Below, in pieces: positions 46,029 through 59,698 of a stretch of DNA of 64,000 bases. Origin of the DNA: Elsinoe ampelina (Eukaryota); NCBI GenBank assembly GCA_010093995.1, contig ML992501.1:1332566-1396565 (forward strand). The letters run 5' to 3'. A model generated the notes under the pieces. It made no database searches and was not told the origin of the DNA. It saw only the letters and a list, made by a program, of their open reading frames with translations. The position numbers and the translations under genes are program-made. Position 1 is the first letter of the stretch; every line of letters starts with the position of its first letter.

Positions 46029-49000
46029 ATGGTCCTTAATACCTTGACTGTGGGTGCGGCGGTCACCCCAAGTGTCATCGAGACAGCCATAAGTCATGTA
46101 AAGTGGATCACGGCAATCACATTGATATCAAGCTGATTGGTCGCTCTAGTATATCAAACGAGGACCTCTACGTGGCAAACCTACCGCGCACATCTCGTAC
46201 GATGAAGGCTTACATCTGGTCCGTCAATTCCTGGACTATGCCTCGAACCACACTGTAGATGAGGTCCAATCCTTTACAGCTCAATGGGTCCCCTGTCCTC
46301 GATGGGTCAAAGCTTCAGATATCTTGATTCCGGAAGCACACCTGTCACATGCTGCATCACTCCTGTCCACCCAACTTGGACCGTATGGACTGAAGGCTGT
46401 GGGTGGTTCGCAGTGGTGGCAATGGCGGCCATCTCAAACGCCCCTCAAGGCGGAATGGATCGAAATGCGAGCCGACTACAACGAACGCAAAGCTAAATCA
46501 CTGCCGGCGAAGCGTATCATCCTATACATCCACGGCGGAGCATACTACTTTGGAAGTATCGACGAGCACAGGTATCAGCTTCAACGTCATGCTAGGAAAT
46601 TGAAGGCGAGGCTGTTGGCTCCACGATACAGGCTGGCTCCACAATTTCCATTCCCATGTGGCTTGCAAGATGCATTGGCAAGCTACCTACATTTGCTGAC
46701 TGAATTTGATCCCTCATCAATCTTGCTCATGGGAGACTCGGCAGGTGCTGGAATGGTACTGAGCACACTTGTCACTCTACGAGATCAAGGAGTGCCTCTG
46801 CCCGCCGGGGCTATCCTCATTAGTCCTTGGGTAGATCTGACTCACAGCTTTCCCAGCGTCAGCGGTGATGGCGACCTGGACTATATTCCCGCCAATGGCT
46901 TTCACCACAGACCGAGTGTAGCTTGGCCACCACCGAATGAAGAAGAGCAACGGAACTTGAAGACACAAGCTGATAATGCCAAATCAAAAGCAGAGGCGAA
47001 AAGTAAAGAAGCTGAAGCCGTTTCTGGAACCAAAGTCCACCCAGAGCACCCGAAGTTTCCAGAGAACCGAGATCCTGCAACCAACCCACCACCGCTATCT
47101 ATCAATCTCGACGGCAAGAACATCACGCTTATTGATCAGATTCAGTTGTATGCAGCAAACAATCTCCTGTCCCACCCACTGGTCAGTCCAGTTCTGCAGC
47201 CGAGTCTCGGAGGTCTCCCACCTCTCTTGATACAGGTCGGAGGTGGTGAGCTTTTGCGGGACGAGCAGGTGTATATCGCCCACAAGGCTGCCAATCCGTC
47301 GCAATATCCTGCTCCAGATACCATGCTCGACTTGCATGATCCGGACAGGAAGCAGAGCAGCAAGTACCCCCCCACCCAGGTACAATTGCAAGTATGGGAG
47401 GACTTGTGTCATGTACCACATACCTTGTCCTTCACACGACCGGCCAAGTACATGTATCGTGCTGTGGCGCAATTCGGGAACTGGGTGTTCTCTCAATCGC
47501 AGCACAATGGTATACCACTCATGGATCAAGCATTGAACAACAAGAAGGATGACGATGTTTTGTCCATCATTTCAACCTCTACGTCTGGATCGTCATCATC
47601 CGACGAGACTCTGCACTCTAAGAAAGGTCGATCCCGAGCTGGCAGCAAAGCCTCCCACAACTCAGGTAAGGGTCGGTCCCGCAGTGAGGGCGATGTTCCG
47701 TCTCCAGCTGCACGAGCTCAGTCAACGACAACAATTGCGGGCGGAGACTGGGCCAGTACCGCTTCAGCTCTTGCATCATTACCTGCTACGGAGGACAAGT
47801 CCACTCTCCCTTCTGTGGCTGCGACCGCTCCGATACCAAAATTCGAGAATTTCATGGTCCGCCAGCTCATCGATCGCCACGGCACAATTTACCCTTTACC
47901 ACCAGCGTCACTGATCCCCGCTCTAAATCTCGACCCAGGAACTATCGGTCAGATCAAGCCTGGGCCGGTACGGAAGTGGCTTGCGAAGAAGTCTCAGTGG
48001 GATCACAAGTTCGCCTCAACCAAGCGCAAAGTCCAGACCAAGCGTCTAGACGAGATGCGCAAGGGCTTCGCCAGCTTCAAAGCCGCGGACGGAAATATCG
48101 AAGTGCCACCACCCACAGCTCTCGCGGGACGGCAGTTTAAGCTCGATGAAAGACGAAACAAGGATATGGGCAAAATGGGAGAAGGCTTGCGCAATCTCGA
48201 AGCCGGAGGCAAAGGAAAGAAGAAGTCTTGGGGTCTCGCGATGTGGTCTGGCTGGGGCAGCAAGCACGACGAGACGACCATCGAAGCAAGCTCTGGCATC
48301 GGAGCGGCAGCTGTGGTCGGTGCCGCCTCTGCCAGTGTGGGTGGTAGTGGAGGTCACACCCTTGCTCAAAAGGGAGATGACGAACGGAACGGCAGAAGCG
48401 ATTCCAAAGATGAGGAACAAGAGAGAAGCAAGAGCGTTGGCGCCTCTTTGCGGAATCCACTACGCAGGGTACTCAGCCGGCGATCGAGCCGAACGAGTGG
48501 CGAAGGCGACGTGGACAAGACGAAGGAAGAGGTTCCGCCCGTACCACCAGTCCCGTCATCAACAAATGCTGAAATCGCCACCCCCATCGCCACCAAAGAC
48601 AGCAGTGCAGATGCAAATCCTCCAACCATTCCGTCCTCCCATCCCGAGCACAACAGGAGCTCCACCACCACCGCCTCAGTAGCAGCCGCCACCGCCGCAG
48701 CCCTGGCTGCCGGTATAGCAGCCCACACCGCCAATAACGATTCCCCTAGCGCAGACACACCGACTTCCCAAGCCGAAGTCCAGCAGACCAGAGAAGAAGA
48801 AGAAGCGCTGACCTCCGCCGCCCTGCCCAAAGGCGACAAGGTCGAAGGCAGCGAGAACACCTTCCTAGCGCCGGGTAATGCTCGGCCAAACAACGGGGTT
48901 GTTGCTTACCCATTCAAGCTGAGAGGCGGAGAAGGGCACGAGAGGAGCGCGAGTATGATGACGTTGGAGAGCGTGAGGAGTGGAGTTGTTGGGGACTTGG

Positions 49001-49242
49001 GGCCTGAGGGCGAGGAAGCTGTCGCTGTGGAGAAGGGGGAGGAGGTGACGGGGAAGAAGGATGAGGATTCGGAGGCGAAGGAGATAGAGGCTGGGGAGGT
49101 CGTGTCGGAGAAGCCAGGACAAGAGACAACCATGGGTACGACAGAGGACGATGGGGCGAGCAAAGCTGTCGTGGAGGGCCAAGTAATGAGCGAGAAGCAG
49201 AGGCCGAAGCTGGAATCGTTTGTGACCGCGAACGAATTCTGA
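46029..49242 (+). CDS. Alpha/beta hydrolase (HSL-like esterase/lipase) with a long disordered C-terminus
   Basis: Start MVLNTLTVGAAVTP at 46029, intron 46098-46149. HGGAY oxyanion motif, GDSAG nucleophile, ISPWVDL and WEDLCHV. Confidence 0.88.
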
Positions 49243-49388
49243 GCTCGAAGGCGCCCCCGAACAGGTCATTATATCCATACAGAAGTGCGCTCGTTTTCAA
49301 CCCCTGGCGGCGTCACTGAACTGGTGCGCGCTCCACATCGATAGTGGGAACCACCGCCTCAGTCGCCCAGCCCCCATCTCCAAGACCA

Positions 49389-51076
49389 TCAAGTGTTACA
49401 AATCAGCTGCGGCACGGCATACGTCGTCACCAGGCCCCATGTGATATAGACCGCACACGCCCACCCTGTAAGGACATTGAGATCATTGATGCATGCTCTG
49501 AAAACAGCCACGATGCCAAACGGAGCCACGATGACGAGAGGCACCAGCGCGAGCAATTTGTGGCAAAGAACGCCGTCGACGGCGTGGAGGCCCCAGATCG
49601 GCCGCGAAGCCTCGGACACGGCCTGCGCCACGTCTTGCGGGATCAAGGCCATAGTGGCCACGGTGCCGGGCGTCACGCGGCCGGGGTGCGCCATGCCCTC
49701 GGTGATCTCCTTGGCCATCATGAGCATGTGCACTTTCCCATCCACGGTCCTGGTGTAGTCGTACACGTGGCCGCAGTCGCGCTCGCAGTGGCAGGGTAAA
49801 TTCTGTTGCCAGTAGAAGACGAGCCGCGGGTTGCCGGACAGCTTGTAGAACTGACTCGGGGGTCAGCAAAATGTGCGGGTTACATCGTGGGGGATAAATG
49901 GTAGGAATGGGAAGCGAGATAGGCAGGAGATGGCGGCGACTTGAGTGAGAAGGGGTTGGGTGGGGACTGACTTCGGCAAAACGGACATCGGCCAGGCCTC
50001 TCAGAGCCAGGAAGCTGCCGAATCGACCTCTGACGGCGTGATACTCCTTGATCAGGCGCTGGAAGAGCGAGGAGTCGTCCAGGTCATGGACGCAGATGTC
50101 GGACCTGCGTGTGAATGCGGGCTGTTCCATGATAGGGTCGATGCACCAATAGATGACTCCCCAGCGCGACGGCGCTGCTTGCAGTGTGGGTGGAATAGCT
50201 GTGTCTGGTTCGGACGTCCCTAGCCGCCGGGCTGTTGTGCTGGCGCCATCGTGGTCTAGAACCTCGGCAGCCACCAACGCTTCTGCCAGCAATTGGCATT
50301 CGTGGCAGTAGTTCACAACGCTTGAATGCGTCAGGTCGATCGATAACGTCTTGTTGCCGAGCTGCATAGTGTCAGAGTGCGACAGCAGGACTGTACATTG
50401 AACTATACTGACCCTCCAACGTAGTGTCAACACAAGGCGTGACGAGACCCTTGTAGGCTCTGCTAGAGGCCACCATCTCACTCGGCCGATCTTGCGCTCA
50501 ACGTCTCGTTTCCATCCCTCCCACCGACTGGGTACCAGATACCTCGACTGGAACATCAATAATCGAGCTCCGTTCCAGTACAAGTCATCGAGGAACTAGC
50601 TGGAGAGTGAGAAGTGGCACAAAGAGAGGATTGATCATACATACGGGCAAGGTAAGATAGGCCTGCAAACCTGCGCCCAATGTCGAGCGTGAAAAGATTG
50701 ACTGAATCAATCCCAATATTGGTCCCCGTGAGCATTCTCCGGCTTTACTGATGACGAGGTCTACAACCTGCTTGACCAAGACTTCCTTGTGGTATTGTGG
50801 CTCCTTCAAGCCCTTCACTTCCGAGATCCATAGTCGGCGCAGATGCGACACACCATCCGCCCCACGAGCCAGGTACACTATCATTTCGAACAGGGGTATG
50901 CAGAAGGCCCACTGTAACAGATCTTCCTGCGGTGCTTCACTGTGTAATCGTTTGTCCTGGAGGCGGACACTTTCAGCATCTACGTCTCGTGCAGCGTTTG
51001 GGGACAGCGGTGCTGCAATCTTTGGAACGATCACATCGGTGTTGACGACCCGATACAATTCGATGCCTTCGGACAT
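49389..51076 (-). CDS. Uncharacterised protein with C-terminal transmembrane helices (paralogue of 51475..54257)
   Basis: Spliced from ORFs 50585..51076, 49483..50583 and 49389..49766 via introns near 50645-50600, 50412-50364 and 49971-49851. Motifs YWCID, DDSSLF..L..EY..VRG, LPCHCERDC and WGLHAVDG, then a hydrophobic end. Confidence 0.7.
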
Positions 51077-51474
51077 GAGAGGCTAGAGTAGAATCCATGG
51101 GAGTGATACGCTTTCGTGTAGTCCAGGAACTTGTGAAAGATTGCGATACAGCCTGCTAGTGGATGCTGATACTGAGGTGGGAGATGATCGATATTTGCTG
51201 ATTCATTGTCTGGTCCACGCCCTTTGCATTCCATCTCGCATTCCTTTTCGCATTCCCTTTTGCATTCCACTTCTACGTCCAGGAATGCACCAATCCGTTC
51301 CTGGTCATCTATCAACCCTTTTTCATCCACCATTGTTGACTTCTCGGCAAGGCCGGAAGATCTCGCCACCACCATCGCCGCAACATCGGCTTCAATGGCT
51401 GTTCCCTCCCTATCGCATCGCTTGAAGTCGTTGTATGCTTGCCAGATCGATGAAGCTCCAACCCCTCTCCGCAT

Positions 51475-54257
51475 CTATCCGGCCCTGACAAGCTGCGGCG
51501 CCGCCACAACAATCGCAACCAAGGACATCAAGAACGACGACACAGCAAAAGCCCCCTGAAGATCCTTCTTATCCACCGGACGTAGCCAAAGAGCCATAAA
51601 CACCATCCCGAGAGATGCCATAAGCGCCATAAACACCATGACTTTCCACCTAATCACCCCTTCCACGGCATGTATCCCCCAAGCAGGCTCCATAGCCTGG
51701 AGATCCGACCTGGACACATCCAACGGCAACCACTCAATCGTCTCTGTAGAGTTATGCTTGACGTCCGGCTCGCGCATGCCGTGCATGACATCCGCGGCCA
51801 CGAGCTGGCGATGAAAATCCTCGTCCTCATTCACGAGGATATACTCGTACTTCTGGCAGGGGTTCTTGCAGGCGCCGCAGGGGAGTTGTTCGGCGAGACA
51901 ACTCACCTGGCTGTTGTTGCTGTGGATGAGACCGAATTTGATGAACTTGATGCCGACAAGGCCGGTTAGGGAGAAGTAGCGACCGAGAAGTCCGCGGATG
52001 GCATTGTAGTCTTGCTTCAGGCGGCGGAAGAGGGTTTCGTCGTTGAGGCCGGCGATGTTGATGATGGAGCGTTGCGTGAGGGCGGGTTGGCGCCAGGATT
52101 TGTCGACGCACCAGTATAGACGGCCTTGTTTTGGTTGTGTGGTGGGGAGTGTGGTCGATGAGCCTGGCGCTGCGGTCGGGATTGCTATCTGGCCACTGAT
52201 GGTGGCAGAGATGGTGTTCGGAGGATTTCCATTGCCATGAGTACCACTGTGGGAGAGAAGCGATACCGATGTTGCACCACACACGACACCCAAGGGTATA
52301 GAAACTCCACCTGGTGACATCGTAGATGACGCAGGGGATACTAAAGCGACGGTGGGTAACATGTCAGATCCACTGACCTCGAGGTCGACTTTATTAACAC
52401 TTTGAGCCTTCGTCTTGGGCGTGGTCTTGTTGTCAAGTAGCTCCACAATTTGTGAGAGCAGCGTACATTCTGACAGGAAATTTTCCACTTGCATCCTGTT
52501 GGCAATCATAGATACAGTCCGAAACGATCCCTAGTCCATATGTCAGTTTAAGCAGAGTCTACTGCGATGGTGAACGTGCTTGCCAGGTGAGGCGACATTG
52601 ATCACGTCGGTTGTGTTTAGGCGTCATCAAGGAACGGCCGAGGCCAATACTGGCCAGGATCATTCGCTTCCTTGAACCGCGCATGTCGGCGGGATTGGTT
52701 CCAGCGTCGTCGTGGTATGCATACGTCCAGGTCCGTCGATGTCGGATGTAGATACACAGTGGGGACTGCAGGAGTTAGTACAGTCAAGATGCACTGTCCA
52801 GAGGATCTTACCTTTCGAATCACGTCCACAATGCCGTCGATCTTGAGATCTTCACTGGTGACGCCCATTAGATCGATCAGAGCCTCACTCAGACCTTTTG
52901 GGATGACTCCGATGGCTTGGTAGTAATGCTGGACGATATGCATGCACCGCACAGCTTGGCCTAGATGTGCAGTTTCGAGGGCCGAGTCATGGATTTCTTC
53001 TCGGGTGCGTTGTACAGCCTCACCACCCTGAGAAGCGCACAGTAATATCTCGAGAATGAGCATTCCAAGACGCCAGCGAATCTGGCGACCAGAATCGAGC
53101 GATCCAAGCATGTCATAATTCGCAAGAGGTGGGTGCACTGTAGAGGACCAATTTGAATGTCGTGATGGAAACCGTGCAACGAGGATGTCGGATCCCAAAT
53201 GTCGAACGACCTCAATGTTTGCGGGAGAGATTCTTCGGACCTGCTCCGCTTCAAGACTCCAATCAAGTGACTTGAAGGAAGCAAATATAGGCTCGAGAAG
53301 AGCGGCAATGGTGGACGGACAAACGACCGCGGAGAATAGGGATTCTAGATTGCAGACGTACTTTGTTGAATCCGAATATTCTGCCGCTTTGGACTCTCTT
53401 GGCTGTAAAGACTTCGATGATGATGCTCGACTTGCGACAAGTGATTTATGGTCTCGTTGAAGCCTTCGTATCAATTTTCGGAAGCGGAGTTTGTCGGAAT
53501 CGCTCATGTCCAAGGCATTCCAATTGAGCCCTTCAAAGAGACCCGATGTGATGGCCACAAGCAAGAGCATGTCTTGCTCTCGAGGCGATATCGTAAGCCC
53601 GGCTTGCACAGATAAATTGGCAGTTGCATCTCGCTTGCCAAGTCCGCCTCTCGTTGTAGGCCCTGTAGAGTCCACTGTCACTAGCGAGACAGTTCGGTGT
53701 GAAGCACTCAGACCAGCAAGGAGGTCAAGCAAAGTATTTGAGCTCTGAACATACATCTTGTCGTGTAAATGCCCATGCAGATGTGCCACTCGAACGCGAG
53801 CATCATTCAATAGTACAACCATACCGTCTGGTGCGTTCCGGAGAGACAGAAATGGGTGCCGTATCTTGTCGTACATGTCCAAGATTTCGCAACGTACGGT
53901 GGCGGTAGATAGCAGTCGGGACAGCGAGCTGCAGAGACCATCACTTTGCGCCAATCGTTCCAACTGTTGCACTAAGTGACATATCCTCAACTCCGTTCTT
54001 TGTAGAGAGGCCCGGACCTCATGTCGGTGTGCAGAAGTTAAAGTGGTCCTGTAGGCTTCGGTTCGAATGATCAGGATGATGGACAGGATATCGAGGTGTA
54101 GCTTTAGGTCATGCAGCTGCTTCGCTGTGGTCCGAGGGCTGAGGGGCTGCCATACTCTGAGCACCAGATATGCAAGCAACACTGGCGGGATATAGCACAA
54201 GATTCGACTGGTCCGAATACTGCCATAGAGCATCATCGACCATGTCGGAAGGTCCAT
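51475..54257 (-). CDS. Uncharacterised protein with a long helical N-terminal region and C-terminal transmembrane helices
   Basis: ORF 52617..54257 is joined to ORF 51475..52509 by introns at about 52811-52767 (GTAAGA..CAG) and 52581-52532 (GC donor). Motifs YWCVD, NDETLF..L..DY..IRG, LPCGACKNPC, WGIHAVEG and DLQGAF. Confidence 0.65.
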
Positions 54258-55430
54258 GTTAACGTCCAGCGTTGATTATGCGCGATCGGAAGAGTGGTTG
54301 CTGTGATACTTGTGTCAGAGGAGTATCGCTGTCCAGATCAGTGAGGTTTATATACGACCAGATACCAGCACGGCTGAAGCGAAAACAGTTGAAGCGTGCA
54401 TGCTGCAAAGTGCTACCTATCGCAAGCATTGTCAGAATGAGGCACTGCCATTACACCTTCTGAGTCGGCGAGCAAGCAAAATGAACAAAGGATGCTCAAA
54501 GAGAGCGGGCAAACATGGTTATCGACACAGTCCGGGTAATTGTTAACGATGCAGTCGCAATCAGGTTGTTCCAGTTTCGCCAAACATCTGTGAGTACCAG
54601 ACGGTTGCCGGTATTCCGACACTCACTGCTCCACCATCGAAGTGTTCAGAAGCCAGTGCTTGTCCAAAGCCTTGCATGAGAATGGTCCTGGGCAACAAAT
54701 TGTAATGCCAGAGCCAGGTCCACGAAGAGTATGCAAGATCCTATATTGTTTGTGCGAAGATATCAGCAGGCATCGAGAGTATACACAGCCGTGAGCCAAT
54801 GTTACTGATCTGCATGGCTCTGGAAGCCACAGCGATTCGCTGGTCAGATGCCCACAAAGTGTTATCACATCAGCTCCGTCAGTGTAGCGGCAACGAGGTG
54901 GCGTAGAGGCACTGCTCATGTTAGAGTTATCAACGACGGAAGACTTGTACCCCTCACATTCAACAACGCAACAAAGTCAAACTGAGGGCGCGAAGTGGTC
55001 CATAGAGAAGCACAAGACGCCCTAGATATCCACAGCCAGAATTTGAAAAAGTGTCACTTGCTGGTGTGGTGGCTGTAGCTGGAGACTCGCATTCCCTTCA
55101 CTGGCGAAGAGCTCAGCTTGCGTGGGCATGGTAGAAAGAGGTTATTGCAATAGCAGCCGATTTTGCACCTTGTCTGTGCTCGAGACATGGTGGAGAAGTG
55201 ATGATGGAAGGAGCGGTTTTGCCTGAGACCGCGTGCAGAACTTCGGCCGGATTCTGATTGGTGCGCTCGGAAAACTGTAATAGCTGTTTGTTTTCGCGAA
55301 TCGTCCAGGGTGGTGAACGGGACGGGATTAGCATCGTTGAGCAATGCATTAAGCTGGATCGGGACTTTGCGTTCGGTTTGAGGTCTGAGGAAAACCCTTG
55401 TGGGAATACCGTATTCATACGTCTCGTTGT

Positions 55431-57181
55431 CTATAGTAGCCCCTCAAGATCTTCCCTCCACTTCAAAATCGGCTGGCCATGACCATTGGGTCGCATATGT
55501 ATCTTCACAAAGCCATCATCTTCCCAGATATCAATACTGAAAACCCGACAGTTCTCCGGCGCCAGCGTATTCGGATCGAGAGCGTACTCTGGCGATGCCA
55601 TGGTCGCCGCGTCCTCGATATCGGCAACCCGTCTGGCCACTTTCGCATGCAGCCGAGTGTCCCACAGCCCTTCTCGTGATGGGAGTTCTTGCATGATCTT
55701 CATCGCGCGAGAGCGCAGGTCTCGGTATCGGCATTTCAAGGCCACCATATAGAGTGCAGACACGAGACCGTGGTCGAAGATGAATGGTGCTGTCATGTAA
55801 TTCGGACCGGAGGAGGTGTCGTTCATGCTCAGCAGAAGTTCGGCCGATTCGACGATATCTCGGAACTCGTTGCGGTATGCGTCTATGCAGACCTCCCATG
55901 GTCTCAGGCATGCTTGTGCCCATGCTGATACAGCGCAGTAGCGGATCCATAAATCCAGTGCGTTCGAGTCGAGCAGCGTCAGTACCCGCTCCTTCCCTGG
56001 CCAGAATAGTGGCAACGCAAGAGCTTCCCACGCCCTGAGCTTTTTGACCAAGGCATCATGGGGCTCGTGAACCTTGTCCCAGTGTTTCGGATCCCGATCA
56101 GTATGGCGGTATTTGTGCACGAAACGTATGGCGGCAGAGATCAAGATGTCCAAGGTTCCTTGAGCTTCGTTGAGGTCGGGGAAAGAGTCGGGAAGGGTGA
56201 CATCCAATGCTGGCTGCACAATATCCCAGAAAGATGTGGTTGGACTGTTGCCGTTGCCAAACAGGACCGACTGTGCCGAAAATCTGCGTAAGATTTTTTG
56301 AGCATTCTCCGTCCAGTGTGCGTGTGGAGCTTGATCAAGTATCTGCAAGCCATGGCTGAGATGCATGATGGCATTATTCCGATTCCCATAGAGGCACTCG
56401 AAGATGGTGAACAGCAAGCAGCATGCCACGGACACGAGATCTTTGTTGACTGGATCTTTGCGGTCTCGTAATGTAGCTATTGAACTGTTGTAGTGATCAA
56501 TCTCGTACGCTTCTGCTTGTAGTTTCGCTCGTTTCTGTTGTCTGTGTGCATACATGAATCGACTATGACCGGCGCTGATAGAAGCGATGGCGAGCAGCAC
56601 TGCCGGTTCACAGTGGCATAGCTGAGGTAGCAAGATTGTCCACATGTCGTTCACGAATCGACCAGAGAGAGTTGGCGCCAAGTAGTCTCGAAAGTGGTAA
56701 ATCCATTGCTGGTGCTCTAGTGGTATGTCGAACATGATTGCCGGCTCCGGTGAGGCGGATGTCGATGGCGTGACACGGCGGGAGACTGCTACAGTGCTTG
56801 GAGTGGTTCCCGGAGTTGTGCCCCTAGACGAGACTGCATCTGTACTTGGCGCGATTCTTCGTACCGTCAGGACGGCGTGTGTGGTCGACGAATCGGTTTT
56901 GGCCTTTGGAGGAATTCTGCGTGGAGCCTTTCTTGGGGGCGGGAATGGATCGTATCCATCGCATTTGCGTCCAGTGGAAGTGCATCGCTTGCAACTGTTG
57001 AGACATCAGATCGGCTGGCACACATGCATTGTCTTTGCTGCTACTCACTGCGGCTTGACTTCGTCGCATTTGACCTTTCGGATCCTGCGGAGATTGGTCA
57101 GTATTTAGCGATGTGATCAGGTACCTGATTTACTTACTTGCAGGTCCGGCACCCAGTTCTGACCTTGAATGTGGCTGTCAT
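55431..57181 (-). CDS. Zn(II)2Cys6 transcription factor
   Basis: Split binuclear cluster MTATFKVRTGCRTCK|IRKVKCDEVKPQ|CKRCTSTGRKCDGY across two introns, followed by a fungal-specific TF domain (ILLPQLCHCEPAV, LYMVALKCR, REGLWD). Confidence 0.9.
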
Positions 57182-57925
57182 TTAGGGCTAATCGAATCGG
57201 TCGAACACTTGGGACAATGCCATCTGTGCCATGCTCAATGTTTCTATAGCAGGATAATCGATGGTAATCTGCAAATTTCGAGGTTGCTGGCAATTTGCTG
57301 CCTGAAAGCGCAGCTGACACAGCCTGTCTGTCCTTGGTCGCTGGAGGCCTCACCCAACATCCGCGCAATCTTGCTTACTATGGCACCGGCCAATAAGCCG
57401 CAGGACCAGGATAGTTCCAGACATTGCAGTTGGTGCAAGCCCTATCCTGGTAGGCCTGACTGTACTTCAGACACAGTAAGGTGAAAGATGGCGCAGAACG
57501 CTGTGTTTATGACGCAGGAACCCCTCATCACTGTAAGCGGTTGCCCACTTGGCCACGCGTACAACGCCATGACATGGGCTAATACGACCACTCCATCCAG
57601 ATTCATGTATACCTTTACGAGAATCTAGTTCGAGACCCGATGTCTTGTAGAACAGCTTTGGGTAAAGTTGCACGTCAGTCGTGGCTTGGAGAGCATTGCA
57701 CAGCTCAGAAATCGCTCAGGTGAACCCCTCATTCGCCGCAAAATGACACCCCCACATTCGGGGCCTTTGTCTCTTCAATGTGGGGTGTTGTCGCAGGTGT
57801 TACAGTGAAGGATCCCTATAACAATTGTTGTGTTTGTTCCTTATAGGTTATGTATCTTCCATTGCATCTCCATACTTCGACATGGTAGCCACGTAACTCC
57901 AACTCATACACAATCACGAAGCATC

Positions 57926-59195
57926 ATGGCGAGCATACCTGTTAACAAGGACGCTTGGATTCATCTGAAAGGCAAGACAGTCCTGATCACTGGTAGGTAC
58001 TAATGTGTAAACCAGACCATTGCTGACCTGTCAAGGTGGCTCAAATGGCATCGGCAAGACGACTGTAAAGTTGTTCGCAGGTCAGGGCACTCTTGCAACG
58101 GAACTTGCAATCAGCTAATCCGGCAATAGAACAGGGGGCAAATGTTGCAATTGGAGACCTTGATGCGGTGGGCGGAGAACGCCTGGTTCAGGAGCTTGGG
58201 AGGTACGTGTTGCTCGGTCGAGTTTTTGCACTTAATCTGAAGACCATATAGTAATGTTCTTTTCCGGCGAACCAATGTCACCGACTGGAACTCGCTGAGG
58301 GAGCTATTCAAGCAAACCTTCGAGAGATTTGGCAGTATTGATCATGTTGTGGCAAATGCGGCAATGCCGGAGAGGGATCCTTTTCTCCTGACAGACTCGT
58401 TTGACGAAGACGGCGAGCTGGCTGCCCCGGATCTTCGAATACTTGATGTGAACACGGGAGGCGTGATGAGAAGTATGGCAGATTTTGTTGTCCATGATCA
58501 CCTCTGACTGCGAACCAGCCGCAAAACTGGCCATCCACTACTTTCAGAAGAAAAATGCTAGGCCCGGAGGATCGCTTGTCGTGGTCGGCTCTGCTGCATC
58601 GTACGCACGTTTCCAGCTGAACGAGTAGATCGGACTGACAGCTTCAAGATACTTCCCGACTGCTCCTATCATTCGATACTGTGCCACTAAACACGCGGTA
58701 CGAGCGGTGGAGTCAATAAGTGGACCCCCGACTGACACTGACCAGGCACTCGGACTGGTGAGGACCATTGCATATATGAGCAAGACGCTGGGTGTTCGTG
58801 CCAATCTCATTGCTCCATGGATGACAGGTATATCCAGAGCCATAACAAATTTGAACAAGGATTGATGCCGATAGAAACGGGTTTCAGCTCCGAAGTCAGG
58901 CAGATGTGGGGTGACATGCCCATCAACACAATGGTCGAAGTCGCTGAAGCCATTTTGGTCGCATGTGCTGACAGCAGTCTAAATGGTAAGCTTCTCGTGG
59001 AGCAGTGACACTCACTCCAGCTAATAATGGCCAGGTCGTGCTCTTTACGTGGCCAAAGAGATTGTCGATTTCGAGGAACCGCTTCATCGGCATAGAGAGT
59101 CGTGGATGTCAAAGCATCAGGCGGAACTTTTTGACAAGGGTCGGGTCAAGCTCGCTGCGGGAATGAGCCTACCGACGGAGCACTACTTAGATTGA
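57926..59195 (+). CDS. Short-chain dehydrogenase/reductase (intron-rich, absent from the ORF track as a unit)
   Basis: KGKTVLITG|GSNGIG Rossmann motif, FGSIDHVVANAA, LDVN, GSAAS, YCATKHA (YxxxK) and GVRANLIAPW. About eight short introns. Confidence 0.88.
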
Positions 59196-59698
59196 GCTCC
59201 CTAATAATACATCGTTGTACTACAATACTACCTTGCAGCGGGTACAAAGTGGAGCACCGGTGATCGAATGTATAGTGATCGAGCCATGGGGAGTGACTGT
59301 AGCATTCGGCGCGAATCCAGTGTTATTTAAAGATCGCGTAGACGTGAATTGAAACTCTGGTGCATGTGACAGCAACATCTTCCACAAATGAGCTGTCGAG
59401 CCTCCCAAGGTTGACCCTTTTTTTTCAACGAGTGTAACCACTTGAGTCATGCTGAGCAAATCCAGACTTCCAGAATTCAGCCGCCGTCCGGCTCCTGCGG
59501 AAGCTCAAAAACGCGTCTTCAGGCCCCGGACATTTTATTCGTGCGAGCCCCGCGACCTTTGCACTCTTTCCATCCCGTCGTCTGCTGCCGGCATTTGACT
59601 GCAGCTCCTACGAACCACAGCGGCGTCTGGAGAAAGTCTGTGCCACCATCCTACTACTGTACTCCATGTGTCGTTGACGGCTTGGCCCGCTATGCAGC

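Noticed and set aside
51222..51270. Short 12-nt repeat (TTGCATTCC-like x4) encoding ECKRECEKECEMECK
   Set aside because: A minor minisatellite without unique spacers; not CRISPR-like.
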